From a virus (taxonomy: Duplodnaviria; Caudoviricetes): 41,738 nucleotides of DNA. Position 1 is the first letter of the stretch, and each line of letters begins with the position of its first letter. The translations under genes were made by a program, and so were the position numbers. The notes below the pieces were generated by a model. That model was not told the origin of the DNA. It saw only the letters and a list, made by a program, of their open reading frames with translations, and did not search any database. Below, piece by piece: positions 27,053 through 36,278 of this stretch. The stretch is from IMG/VR virus record IMGVR_UViG_3300037313_001127, positions 1-41,738 of that record. One strand, written 5' to 3'.

Positions 27053-27249
27053 GCCACCGCGAGATCACTCTGCCCGTCACCAGGGCGACCGACATGCTCC
27101 TCGTCAAGCGTTGCGAGTTCCTGGGCCAGCCGGTGCCGACATTCACCAAGGCGCGCATCGCGCTCGAAGGTCACCGCTGGACGCCGAGACAGGCTCGCGA
27201 CCTGATCCAACTCGTGCTCGACGGAGCCGTGAGCGGGGTGCTGAAGTAA
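27049..27249 (+). CDS. Hypothetical protein
   Basis: GTGA coupling. Confidence 0.45.
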   Translation: MSHREITLPVTRATDMLLVKRCEFLGQPVPTFTKARIALEGHRWTPRQARDLIQLVLDGAVSGVLK

Positions 27250-27623
27250 TGGCGCCCATGCACGAGTGGAAGGATGACGCCGAGTTCATCCGCTACAACC
27301 AGCCGGAGAAGACGCGTTGGTGGCACCCGATCGCCAACTTCCTCGGCGGGGTCACGATCTTCGCGATCTGTGCCAGCGGGTTCGCGCTCGCGATCTACGC
27401 AGGGGCATCCCAGGGCAACGCTGACTGCTGGCGGGGAACCGCGCGCAGCTACGACAGCGAGAGCCCCAACGCACGGCTGATCGATGTGGAGCTCAACTAC
27501 GCTCGCCGACACCCCGAATGCCAGAAAGACTGGACCCCACAAAAGCGCCAAGAGGCCGAGCGTTACTGGCGCTACTCCGACACGCTCGACCAGGCAGATC
27601 GCATCCTGAACGGTGCCGAATGA
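27249..27623 (+). CDS. Hypothetical membrane protein
   Basis: TAATG coupling, one TM. Confidence 0.55.
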   Translation: MAPMHEWKDDAEFIRYNQPEKTRWWHPIANFLGGVTIFAICASGFALAIYAGASQGNADCWRGTARSYDSESPNARLIDVELNYARRHPECQKDWTPQKRQEAERYWRYSDTLDQADRILNGAE

Positions 27624-27838
27624 CCGAGAGACAATCCAATCTAAGCGCGGAGCGCCCCGCGCTCACACGACCGCCAGGACTGCAGCCATTCCTGGTCGAC
27701 GGCGACGGTATCGAGTGGCCGCTGATCGTCCCGCCCTCGATGCTCGAAGAAGCCAAGAAGCGCTACAAGGGCATTTGGGTGATCGCGAACCAGCCGATCA
27801 AGCGCTTCGGCTTCGCCCCTGTCCCTGTGGAAGGGTGA
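27620..27838 (+). CDS. Hypothetical protein
   Basis: ATGA coupling, ends PVEG. Confidence 0.4.
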   Translation: MTERQSNLSAERPALTRPPGLQPFLVDGDGIEWPLIVPPSMLEEAKKRYKGIWVIANQPIKRFGFAPVPVEG

Positions 27839-28092
27839 ACCGCAAAGTGCGGCCGCAAGTTGCGGTCGCCAGGTTTTCCCAAGCAACTCAAGCCGATAGT
27901 GCCCCGCCCATGCTTAAATCATGGGAAGACGAGCTGCCGGCGGTCCAGCAGGAGCTCGCAAAGGTAGAAGCCGACCTTGGGCGCGTGGACCTAATGGTTC
28001 GTGCGTATGTCGAGCGGTGCAGAGAGGCTGTCCGAGAGATCCCCACGGTCCAAGCCCATCTCGCGAACGAACTCTTTCCTGTGGAAGGGTGA
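27835..28092 (+). CDS. Hypothetical protein
   Basis: GTGA coupling, ends PVEG. Confidence 0.4.
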   Translation: MNRKVRPQVAVARFSQATQADSAPPMLKSWEDELPAVQQELAKVEADLGRVDLMVRAYVERCREAVREIPTVQAHLANELFPVEG

Positions 28093-28141
28093 TCTGTCAG
28101 AAATATGCGGCATATTTCTGACAAGCTGCGAGACGAGCTCA

Positions 28142-28735
28142 ATGGGGCCGATGGTTCAGGCGGTCTGCCCATGCGGGAAGAAGATCAGACTCCCGATTGA
28201 GGAGTTCGAGGCCGGCAAACGCTACTGCACGGAGCAGTGCTTCGAGCTCTACGGTCGCCGCGGCCGAGCGAAGAAGTCCAAGGTCGGTCGCGGAACCAAC
28301 CCGAACAAGCGCGGAGCGATGGTCGAGCGTGTCTGCGCTCGCGAAGGCTGCGGTGCCGAGTTCCTGACGCCGATCGCAGTCTACCGGCGAGGCTGGGGTC
28401 TCTATTGCTCGAAGTCCTGCCACGCCAAGGTGAAGATCGAGCGGGTGAACCGCATGAAGCCATGGGAGGCTCGGAACCTCACGAGGCCGCGCGCCCCAAT
28501 GCGACCCCCTGGTGTCGTGTCCGAAGCGATGCTCTTCCTCCAGGCCGATCACAAGCCGGTCTACCATCGGGTCGTTCACGGCAAGGAGTTCGAGGGGCAA
28601 TATGTGCTCGGCGATCGCCTGGTGAGCGAGGATGACCTGGTATCCTATGCGCTCCAGCGGGGCTTTCGGCCTGTGGATGGGGAAACCGTGAAAAATGATC
28701 CCCCGCTGCGAAAAACGATCCCTGTGGATGGGTAA
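28142..28735 (+). CDS. Zinc-finger protein (two CxC...YCxxxC units)
   Basis: CPCGK...RYCTEQC and CAREGC...YCSKSC; start uncertain. Confidence 0.55.
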   Translation: MGPMVQAVCPCGKKIRLPIEEFEAGKRYCTEQCFELYGRRGRAKKSKVGRGTNPNKRGAMVERVCAREGCGAEFLTPIAVYRRGWGLYCSKSCHAKVKIERVNRMKPWEARNLTRPRAPMRPPGVVSEAMLFLQADHKPVYHRVVHGKEFEGQYVLGDRLVSEDDLVSYALQRGFRPVDGETVKNDPPLRKTIPVDG

Positions 28736-28860
28736 TCCTGAAATCCGATCCCGCCGGCGAGCTCATGGGTGCCTCTGGATGGGGTAAGCGCCGGAACCTC
28801 GGCAAATAGGCGGCATCAGGGTCGTAGAAAAAAAATCCCGTCTAGGACTTCGGTTGACAA

Positions 28861-28888
28861 GTGCGGTGCCCCGTGAGGAGCACCGCAC
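28861..28888. terminator. Hairpin between the convergent gene blocks
   Basis: GTGCGGTGC...GCACCGCAC inverted repeat. Confidence 0.5.
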
Positions 28889-28900
28889 CGTCGAGTCGCG

Positions 28901-29566
28901 TTACGCGGTCACCATGAACCGCTCGCGAAACAGCTGATAGAAACCGTGAGTCTCATTCAGCGCAATCGCATCGCGCGGTTTGTCGATCGAGCGAACCGAA
29001 CCGAGTCCGAGAACGTCGAGAACATTGCGACACTGCGACGATTGCGTTGCAGCACCGCTAGTCATGTGAGTCGCGCGCAGTTCGTTCAGATTGTCGAGCA
29101 AGTCTGAGTCGGTCACATGCGCTTTGAGATCGTCGCTATTCAAGAAACGCGCGTTAATCGCGTTCGTGATAACGTCATGACCTTTATCGGTTGCGACAAG
29201 CGCGCAAGCGATGAACGCGCGCATGACGCGCTCTAGCTTCTCACCGTAACCGCAAACGAAAGAAGCAATTTCGTTCACCTTCTTAAGCGCTTTCGCGTTG
29301 AACATTGCGTTGCTGCTCACCTTGCGCTCAATGACCGCTGAAGGTTCGAGATCGAGCGCGAGAAACAGCATAGCAACTGCGGTGCTGTTCTTAAGCATGC
29401 GGTCGCGCTCTACGGTGTAGCTGTTGCGCTCACCGATATTGAGACCGTTAGCAGACTCGAACGCGTCACGACGCTTGAACGATTGCGTGATTTTACCTTT
29501 CATCGTCGAAACGACCTTAGCGTCGAAACCGATTGCACGCTCGCGAAGAGAAATCTTGTCAGTCAT
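28901..29566 (-). CDS. Hypothetical protein in a GG[ACG]-free island
   Basis: 221 aa from ATG 29566 with GAGGT SD; own promoter motif and leader hairpin; atypical codon use. Confidence 0.8.
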   Translation of the reverse strand: MTDKISLRERAIGFDAKVVSTMKGKITQSFKRRDAFESANGLNIGERNSYTVERDRMLKNSTAVAMLFLALDLEPSAVIERKVSSNAMFNAKALKKVNEIASFVCGYGEKLERVMRAFIACALVATDKGHDVITNAINARFLNSDDLKAHVTDSDLLDNLNELRATHMTSGAATQSSQCRNVLDVLGLGSVRSIDKPRDAIALNETHGFYQLFRERFMVTA

Positions 29567-29956
29567 GTGAACCTCACTAGTTAGCGTTGCACCGCACCGC
29601 TGCGGTGTGAGTGTGTTAGACCACATGCAGCACCGATTCGCAATACCTAAAAAGCGAAAAATCGGGAGAAAACAGGGAAAAACGAATGCGTGTCCGACCG
29701 GACACGATCACCGCGGCGACCATGAAACCGCGCGAGGACGCATGGCGCATGGGCGCGCACGCATACGACGCACGCCATGGGCACGCACAGGCACGCACAC
29801 GCATATATGCCCATGGAGCCGAACCTACCCTTAGCCATGGGCAGCCTTAGATTCAGGAATCCAGCCGAACCCATGGGCAGACCCGAATACGCAAAAACCC
29901 AGGGACCAGGAGGGGAGGCGGTCCCTGGGTTAGCGGAGGGGGAGGTGGTCCCTCGG

Positions 29957-30292
29957 TTACCTCGATGCGACCCGCGCGCCGACCTCGATGATCTCGAACT
30001 CGATGCCAGGAACCAAATTCCCGACGCACTCCGCGAGCGAGCTTTCGAGCTCCATCGGAACGCTGATCGACCAATTCCCATTCTGATCGCAGCGGAGAGC
30101 GAAAGGAACGTCGACCTCTTCCAGGTGCGCCCTCGCATACCATGCGTCCATCACTTTGCTGTGGAAGCTGGGCTGCCCGATCTCATTGCGGATCAAGGAA
30201 GCGAGGCAGGGCGAGATCCCCTGGGTGATCTGGTGAGTGAGCTCCGTCGCGAGCATCGTGTCGTCGCGGGAGAAAGTCGTGATCTTGCACAT
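29957..30292 (-). CDS. Hypothetical protein
   Basis: GGAGG SD and leader hairpin. Confidence 0.6.
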   Translation of the reverse strand: MCKITTFSRDDTMLATELTHQITQGISPCLASLIRNEIGQPSFHSKVMDAWYARAHLEEVDVPFALRCDQNGNWSISVPMELESSLAECVGNLVPGIEFEIIEVGARVASR

Positions 30293-30367
30293 TTGAACCT
30301 CCGTTCACGGTCACCGCTGACCGTGAGTGTGTTGTTGCACATGCAGCGCAGATATGCGGGTGGCGAA

Positions 30368-30604
30368 TTACTGCTGCATGCTCACGCACCAATTCCCACC
30401 AGGGGTGCGCGTGATTTCCTTCCAGTTGTCGGGTGCCTTGGAGATGCTCTCCACGATCCAGTTGCACTTGTCGTAGTCGAATGCCTCGAAGGCATGGATC
30501 CGCTCGGATGCCTGGGTGTCGCGGTTTGCCTGGATGCCACCGCCGACGAGACCGCCGAGGATGCCTGAACTCACTAGAGCCATCGCGAGAATGGAATTGC
30601 GCAT
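30368..30604 (-). CDS. Small membrane-anchored or secreted protein
   Basis: AGGAGG SD, leader hairpin, N-terminal TM. Confidence 0.65.
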   Translation of the reverse strand: MRNSILAMALVSSGILGGLVGGGIQANRDTQASERIHAFEAFDYDKCNWIVESISKAPDNWKEITRTPGGNWCVSMQQ

Positions 30605-30809
30605 GTAAACCTCCTGTCACGAGCACCGCTGCTCGATGAGACTCGTGTGACAGAGGTCCGGTGATTCGTCGGGTGGGTAATGCCGGCGCCATGGGCACCC
30701 ATGGGCACTCGGCGATCATTGGGAACCCAGGCGTTACCCTGGGCTCCCTTGAGTTAGATGTCCTCGCGGACGATGAGACCGACTGGGATCATGGCGATCA
30801 GCGCGAGCA

Positions 30810-30974
30810 CTATTCCCACGAGCGCTTCGCCTTCTTGCGCTCCCAGCGTGCCCTGCGGCTCGCGCGCTCGATGTCAGCATCGCTGTCTTCCATGGAGAAG
30901 ATCGGCGCGATGCCAGCGGCGAGTGCGAAAGCGATGCTCTCGTCGCGCCAGGGCTCGTTTGGTGCGCCCTTCAC
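30810..30974 (-). CDS. Small hypothetical protein
   Basis: Hand translation MKGAPNEPWRDESIAF...; GTGA coupling. Confidence 0.4.
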   Translation of the reverse strand: MKGAPNEPWRDESIAFALAAGIAPIFSMEDSDADIERASRRARWERKKAKRSWE

Positions 30975-31150
30975 GAGCGCACCTGACCGAGCTTGAGGGC
31001 AACGCCGTTGGTCTCTGACCAGCTGCGACGAACCTTGCTGACATGACGGCGAGATGCACCTTTCATCTCGTTACCGAGAGCGTGCGCAGGTGCGCAGCGA
31101 GTCACACCTTTTGAAGCAAGGTGCGAAGCGATCAGTTCTTCATGCGACAT
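30971..31150 (-). CDS. Small hypothetical protein (not in ORF track)
   Basis: MSHEELIASHLASKGVTRCAPAHALG...; TAAGGAGGT SD and leader hairpin. Confidence 0.65.
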   Translation of the reverse strand: MSHEELIASHLASKGVTRCAPAHALGNEMKGASRRHVSKVRRSWSETNGVALKLGQVRS

Positions 31151-31493
31151 ATTGAACCTCCTTAGTCAGCACCGCTGCTGACCAGTTCGTTTTAGAGGTT
31201 CGACGATGATTCGCGGGTGGCAAAGCGCCTGGGGATTGCGGTTCCCAGGGGCTCGCGTGGGTCCGGCCGCCATGGGGCGCCATGGCTCAATGAGTGCCTG
31301 GGATCATCGGCGACCCATGGGCAATGCTTGGGTGCCCATCGATCCGTGGAGCCGCCATGGGACTGCTATATGGATTGCCAGCCGAACCGTAGTATCGGAC
31401 CCCTGCCGTTCCCCTGGTGGCTTGGGGAGGCTGGTATTCGTGGGAGCTCAAGCGCGACCCATGGGAGCCCATGGCGCCGAGGATCGGACAAAC

Positions 31494-31530
31494 AAAAAGC
31501 CGGCGCCCTTCTCAAGAGGCAACCGGCTTT
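31494..31530 (-). terminator. Probable rho-independent terminator
   Basis: AAAAAGCCGG...CCGGCTTT stem with T tract on the minus strand. Confidence 0.5.
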
Positions 31531-31621
31531 CTGCCCCATCGACATGACCCCGCTAAAGGACGGAGAGGAGATTCACCTGACTCATCCGCCCAAAGGTCAC
31601 CGACAGTTCGGTTCGGGTAAT

Positions 31622-31921
31622 CTAGCTGGCGAGGGGCTCGCTTTCAACGCCGTTCGCGCGGTCCTGCTCGTCCTGGTAGGTGTGCGGCTCGGCGAGCCTG
31701 GGGAGATGCATGTTCCCCTCGATCACGATGCCGCTGCCGGCGAACCCCTGGTTCTCAATGTGGGCGATGGACTCGTCGAGCTTGTTGCCAACGTCCGCGA
31801 CGAACGCCAGGTGCTCACCGAGCCCTTCCTCGTCGAGACCCACGCCGATCGCGGAGCTCAAGGCTTTCGCCTGTTCGACCGTCATCATGCCCTGCACGAC
31901 GATCCACTTGGTATGCTGCAT
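31622..31921 (-). CDS. Hypothetical protein
   Basis: MQHTKWIVV start, GAGGA SD. Confidence 0.5.
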   Translation of the reverse strand: MQHTKWIVVQGMMTVEQAKALSSAIGVGLDEEGLGEHLAFVADVGNKLDESIAHIENQGFAGSGIVIEGNMHLPRLAEPHTYQDEQDRANGVESEPLAS

Positions 31922-32401
31922 CTCATGTCCTCTGCGAGTTCGTTTGCGTTGATCTCTCTTAGCATGCTCGACGACACACACAACTGGATAGCGCGTGCCC
32001 ATGGGGAGCCTCGAATACCTTGGATGCCTGGAGCCCATGGACGCCTGGGAGCCATGGAGTGCCTGGATGCCATGGACTGACGGACTCCTGGGTGCCCATG
32101 GCGGGTCGGTTGATGCGCTCAACCGAGTTGGTGCGGATTGCTAACTGTTGGGAATTATGGGGATGCCTGGGTTTTCAGGGTATTTTGGGAGCCCCGCTGT
32201 GTAGGGCGGAAATTGCGAGAGGCGATGAACTTAATCGAAGTGCGCGAATCCACCACCAGACTATCGGATATTCCACCACATATTCGCATGGGTTCCCACA
32301 CACACGCATACAGACAGATTCTTCATTCCTGTCTGCACACGAGCCCCCATGGGCACACTGACCCTAACAGTGCCTCGCTATCTAACACCCCTACTGTTAG
32401 A

Positions 32402-32632
32402 TCAGCATGGGCACGCGCACCCCATGGAGCCAGCGCACCCTCCCAGGGGGCATATCTTCCTCTGCCTCACTAGGTCTATGTGGACTGCCTCTACCTTCTC
32501 GAACAGCAGTCGCTTGGATGCCTCCAGTTCACCGATCACCGTGATGATCTCCCGCCGCATGGTTGCGATGGGGTCTGCCTTCTGGCTCTGTGTCCATCCG
32601 GTCTTTCGTTCGAGGTTGGGGTAGGTGGTCAT
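32402..32632 (-). CDS. Hypothetical protein
   Basis: ATGA coupling. Confidence 0.5.
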   Translation of the reverse strand: MTTYPNLERKTGWTQSQKADPIATMRREIITVIGELEASKRLLFEKVEAVHIDLVRQRKICPLGGCAGSMGCACPC

Positions 32633-32991
32633 GCGAATGTTCCGTAGCCTGGTGTCTGTTCGAGTGCTTCCTGGGTTTTGCGTTTCGAGCGTGCCTTCTC
32701 GAATATGCGCCTCGCTTTCGTCATGTTGGCTGCGAGGTCGTCGATCTCATTGTTGATGGGGATCCAGCTGTCGCGTTCGGACTTGGGCAGCTGCTTCGCT
32801 AGGATGATCTGCTGGGCGAGGGCTCGTTCACCGATTGCCACGCCTCCGTTCGGTGTGAGGACGCGCAGTGGCTTGTAGTTGTCGGTGATGCTCAATCCGA
32901 TCGCACCGAGCACGGCGTCCTTCGTGTTGGGGTAGTGAAGGAACTTGAGCTTGCCCTCGTGCTCGTATTGGAGGGTGTAAGGTTGCGCCAT
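32629..32991 (-). CDS. Hypothetical protein with C-terminal LEQTPGYGTFA tag
   Basis: TGATG-coupled. Confidence 0.65.
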   Translation of the reverse strand: MAQPYTLQYEHEGKLKFLHYPNTKDAVLGAIGLSITDNYKPLRVLTPNGGVAIGERALAQQIILAKQLPKSERDSWIPINNEIDDLAANMTKARRIFEKARSKRKTQEALEQTPGYGTFA

Positions 32992-33329
32992 CAGAACATC
33001 GCCCATTCCAGCATTTCGTCCATGGACTCATCGGTGATGCCTGGCTTCGGGGGAGCTTTGGGTTTCTGTGCGTCGTAGACCCCGCCGTTCAACCGCAGCT
33101 GTGCGTTGTTGCCTTGGAAGGTGATCGTCAGCTGGGTTTCGTTCGGCCGGCTATCCTTCAGCTGAAAGAAGTCCAGTTCGAGCAGTTCGTGGATTGCCTC
33201 TGGTAGGCTGCCGTTGATGTGCGGCACGATCAGGTGGAGACCCTTGTGCTGCTTGAGGATTGAGATTGCCTCTGGCGACAGTTCGTCGATCTTGAGGTCG
33301 AGTGGGTTTCGATTGCCGCGGCGGTTCAT
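32991..33329 (-). CDS. Hypothetical protein ending MDEMLEWAMF
   Basis: Coupled ORF. Confidence 0.6.
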   Translation of the reverse strand: MNRRGNRNPLDLKIDELSPEAISILKQHKGLHLIVPHINGSLPEAIHELLELDFFQLKDSRPNETQLTITFQGNNAQLRLNGGVYDAQKPKAPPKPGITDESMDEMLEWAMF

Positions 33330-33499
33330 GGCTTCTTCCGTCCTGTGAACAGCATCAGCAAGCCGAGGGGAGGGCAGATCACCAGAAGGACGAATGTCGC
33401 GATCATCCGCGCCTTGTCCTTGGGATCCATCGGTGGTGGTGATCCGTGGCTCCAGCTCGTGCGGTAGACGCTGCGGCTATACGGTCGGTGATGCCTCAC
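33326..33499 (-). CDS. Small membrane protein
   Basis: Hand translation ...MIATFVLLVICPPLGLLMLFTGRKKP; coupled at both ends. Confidence 0.45.
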   Translation of the reverse strand: MRHHRPYSRSVYRTSWSHGSPPPMDPKDKARMIATFVLLVICPPLGLLMLFTGRKKP

Positions 33500-33729
33500 A
33501 GGTTGCCGTCCTCCAGCATCTTGAGCGCCGCCAGGTGTTCCGTGTTCATTTCGTAGAACACGACGCCAGCGGCACGAATGTATGCAAGGCGCCCATCGTT
33601 GAACATCGCCGCGATCGCGGCTGCCATGGGTCGACCGATCTCCTGGCTGATCTCTTCCGGCGTTCGCATCTTGCCGTCGATCATCAGCGCTTCGACGGCG
33701 GCCGTGTCGATGTGAAGCTGGCTGCTCAC
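33496..33729 (-). CDS. Small wHTH-like protein
   Basis: GTGA coupling; TPEEISQEIG. Confidence 0.5.
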   Translation of the reverse strand: MSSQLHIDTAAVEALMIDGKMRTPEEISQEIGRPMAAAIAAMFNDGRLAYIRAAGVVFYEMNTEHLAALKMLEDGNL

Positions 33730-33920
33730 AGCTGCCTCACGTTCGAGTGCCCGTTGAAGAGCCGCGAGAAGCCCTGCATCGCGACGTTCCAACCGATCCG
33801 CTGGCGCGGGGTCAGGTTCTCGCGATCTTCCTCCATCGCTTCGAGCGCTTCGAGGGTGCCAGGAAGACCGTGCGCCTTCTTGTATTCCTCGATGATGTCG
33901 AGTGCCTCTGACTGTTCCAT
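33726..33920 (-). CDS. Hypothetical protein
   Basis: Coupled ORF. Confidence 0.55.
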   Translation of the reverse strand: MEQSEALDIIEEYKKAHGLPGTLEALEAMEEDRENLTPRQRIGWNVAMQGFSRLFNGHSNVRQL

Positions 33921-34168
33921 CAGACCGCTCCCGCTTCACACGCCGCATCCCAGCGCTCGATGAAGTCGGACAGCCAATCCATGGCATCGTTGAGCTCCTT
34001 GCGGCGCTCCTCGGTGTCGGCCGGCGGGATGCAGTTGGACTTCTCGCCGTCACGGACAGCCCAGCACTCGTGGTAGAGTTCGTCTGCGCTCATCCGCGGC
34101 AGGTTGTGCTTCTCGGTGTATTCCGCGAGTTCGTCGCAGAGAGCTTTTTCAGCATTGCTAAATGGCAT
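33920..34168 (-). CDS. Hypothetical protein
   Basis: GGAGG SD and leader hairpin. Confidence 0.65.
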   Translation of the reverse strand: MPFSNAEKALCDELAEYTEKHNLPRMSADELYHECWAVRDGEKSNCIPPADTEERRKELNDAMDWLSDFIERWDAACEAGAV

Positions 34169-34249
34169 TGTGAACCTCCTCACAAGTGAGCACCGCTGCT
34201 CACGATTCGGTTATGCAGGTGTGTTGCTTGGCATGCAAGCGGATAGCGA

Positions 34250-34624
34250 TTAGCCGGCCAAGTCCTCGGCGTGGTCCCGCAGAACCTCCAGCCAGTTGTT
34301 GACCGAGCGGACGGCGAGCCAATCGCGACAGTTACGGCCGCTCCAGGTCAAGCCGTGGGGACGACAGCCATTGTCGTCCTTCCAGCAATCGTTGAACGTC
34401 TCCCAAGTCCAGGGGTCGGTCTCGGCGCAGTTCGCATCGGGCAGCCGATCTTCGAGCACCCGCACGATCATCTGATACGCCTGACGGATTGCCGAGCGCT
34501 CCAGGCTGCTCTCTGCCTCGAACACTCGATCGCCAAGGGCACGCTGCGCCTGCTGCAACACCGCGACGGTGTGAATGGGCGCCTGGCCGGCGATCTTCAT
34601 GGCATTGATCGTTTCCATCTTCAT
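34250..34624 (-). CDS. Hypothetical protein
   Basis: GAGGAG SD and leader hairpin. Confidence 0.6.
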   Translation of the reverse strand: MKMETINAMKIAGQAPIHTVAVLQQAQRALGDRVFEAESSLERSAIRQAYQMIVRVLEDRLPDANCAETDPWTWETFNDCWKDDNGCRPHGLTWSGRNCRDWLAVRSVNNWLEVLRDHAEDLAG

Positions 34625-34735
34625 CTCCTCATCGGTCACCGCTGACCGTGAGTCGTTGGTAGTCGAGCGCCTGATGGAACGCGCGTGGCTTCGGACGCTG
34701 CGACCGAGGGTTCGATGCACTCGCCATTCTCTCAT

Positions 34736-35401
34736 TCACCACGCCTCTTCGTAGATGGGCTCACAGCGAGCCTCACCGTTTCCATAGGAGAGACGGAACT
34801 GCTGACCCTCGAAGTCGATCATTCGAGCGGCGCCCCTACAGGCTTCCGCCACTGCCTTGAAGGTCTCGATGCCCTCGTATCCCATGCCGAAGCGCCTGGT
34901 CGCCTTGCGGAAGCCGGTGCGCAGCAGATGGAGCGCGTCGTCGAGGAACGCTTGCCTGGGGAACTCGTCGTCCACGTTGTAGTCGAACATGCCGCTCACC
35001 TTTTCGAGGATGGCGCGGAAGTCGTCGTCGTAGGGGTGGCGGTGCGTTCGGTAGTTGTTGGTGCCAGGCCACCAGCCCATGCCGTGGGTATCGACCGCGA
35101 CGTTCAGAATATCGCCGGCGGTGGTCTCGATGGGATCGTGCCAGCGGACGATGCTGCGCTCTTCGGGGCTGGGGCAGAAGTCGCCGTGGCGTCCGCGCAC
35201 CTGATACATGGCGCCAAGGGCTTCGAGCTCGTCGCCGCAGCAACCGATGCTGTCGATGCCATTCTGATGTTCGAGCAGATCATGGGCGATCAGACGCCCA
35301 CTCGTGTCCGAGTAGACTTCCTCACCCTTGTTCCCGCAGAGGACGAGCCCAAGCTCGCCGAGCGCCAGGTCGCGCCATGCTTCGAGGCGTATGTGTCTCA
35401 T
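34736..35401 (-). CDS. Hypothetical protein (AHDLLEH...ELEALG, possible metal-binding)
   Basis: 221 aa ORF, ATGA coupling. Confidence 0.65.
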   Translation of the reverse strand: MRHIRLEAWRDLALGELGLVLCGNKGEEVYSDTSGRLIAHDLLEHQNGIDSIGCCGDELEALGAMYQVRGRHGDFCPSPEERSIVRWHDPIETTAGDILNVAVDTHGMGWWPGTNNYRTHRHPYDDDFRAILEKVSGMFDYNVDDEFPRQAFLDDALHLLRTGFRKATRRFGMGYEGIETFKAVAEACRGAARMIDFEGQQFRLSYGNGEARCEPIYEEAW

Positions 35402-35712
35402 TCGCCACGCACCTTACGCACGCCGTTGCAGTAGCTGTCGCTACCGGCAATCCTCGTGCCGTTGGTCGGTGGGTAGACGACGCTCTTGGTGGCATCGACC
35501 TCGCGGCGCTTGCCCTGGCTCACCGAGTAGCGGCAGCGCAGCGTGTAACGGAGGCAGCCCCAGCGGTCTGCCACTTCCTCGACGAAGCCCTCGACGTAGC
35601 AGTCGTCCCTATGCTCGAAGTCGTAGGACCGCACATAGTCGCCGACGCGAATGTCCTCGCACTCGTCGAACGTGGCTGCGCGCCAGTTGGGCAGGGGTGT
35701 GAACTTTTCCAT
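35398..35712 (-). CDS. Hypothetical protein (SH3-like)
   Basis: IRVGDYVRSYDF...DCYVEG. Confidence 0.6.
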   Translation of the reverse strand: MEKFTPLPNWRAATFDECEDIRVGDYVRSYDFEHRDDCYVEGFVEEVADRWGCLRYTLRCRYSVSQGKRREVDATKSVVYPPTNGTRIAGSDSYCNGVRKVRGE

Positions 35713-36008
35713 CAGAACCAGGGCTCCCTTCCTTCGCGCTCGCAGACGAGGCATTTCGACCAGTGATCGACGCGGAACGGCTTGATGTTCCACCGCCAGT
35801 CGGTCACCGCTGCTTCGGGGTTGGCGATCTCCTGGGCGCCGCAGGTTGGGCACTCCATCGGACAGCTGACCTTCGTTTCGACCCACCGACCGCCGATGGG
35901 GAGATTGAAGGTCTCCTTCTCGCGCTCGGTGAAGATGGTGTAGCGGCTGCTCCACCCCTCTTCGTTGTGCCAGCGATCGCCGACATCGTTGAGAATAATG
36001 TAGTCCAT
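35712..36008 (-). CDS. Hypothetical zinc-binding protein
   Basis: CPTC...CLVC; leader hairpin. Confidence 0.6.
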   Translation of the reverse strand: MDYIILNDVGDRWHNEEGWSSRYTIFTEREKETFNLPIGGRWVETKVSCPMECPTCGAQEIANPEAAVTDWRWNIKPFRVDHWSKCLVCEREGREPWF

Positions 36009-36047
36009 GTGTGTCTCCCTTCGGTCACCGCTGACCGATGAGTCTTG

Positions 36048-36278
36048 CTACGCGTCCGTTTTCGCGGATGCGGGTGGGTTCTCGATGTAGGGGTAGTCTT
36101 CCTCGCTGAACCCAAGGATGACGCCGGTGACAGCATCCACATGCACGAACGGGGTGTCGGTGTGCCTCACCCACTTCGAGCATGCCGAGACATGCTTGAC
36201 CGTCTTGGTCTGCGGCTCGCCGGACAGGAAGGCATACTCGCCCGTCGACCATTGGACAGGCTTCTCCCAGTCGATCAT
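36048..36278 (-). CDS. Hypothetical protein
   Basis: MIDWEKPVQ, TGATG coupling. Confidence 0.55.
   Translation of the reverse strand: MIDWEKPVQWSTGEYAFLSGEPQTKTVKHVSACSKWVRHTDTPFVHVDAVTGVILGFSEEDYPYIENPPASAKTDA

Larger units (their letters stand above)
29775..32427. repeat. Clusters of CCATGG/CCTGG short repeats in intergenic spacers
   Basis: About 19 intergenic CCATGG in five clusters, counted by eye. Confidence 0.75.

Noticed and set aside
27824-28787. DnaA boxes
   Set aside because: TGTGGATGG and TGTGGAAGG match TGTGGATAA only partly, and the conserved flanks (CC...GGG) are not DnaA-like.
28901-29566. Simple recently acquired low-GC gene
   Set aside because: CG and GC dinucleotides remain abundant, the loss is specific to GG[ACG], and the gene carries the phage's own leader hairpin and operator.
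29740-32430. CRISPR array
   Set aside because: Repeats are 6-10 bp with irregular spacing; no constant repeat-spacer period and no cas genes.
31206-32473. Plus-strand ORFs such as 31217..32080 and 32138..32473
   Set aside because: They run through repeat-rich spacers, are Pro/Trp/Gly/His-biased from CCATGG, and oppose the block strand.
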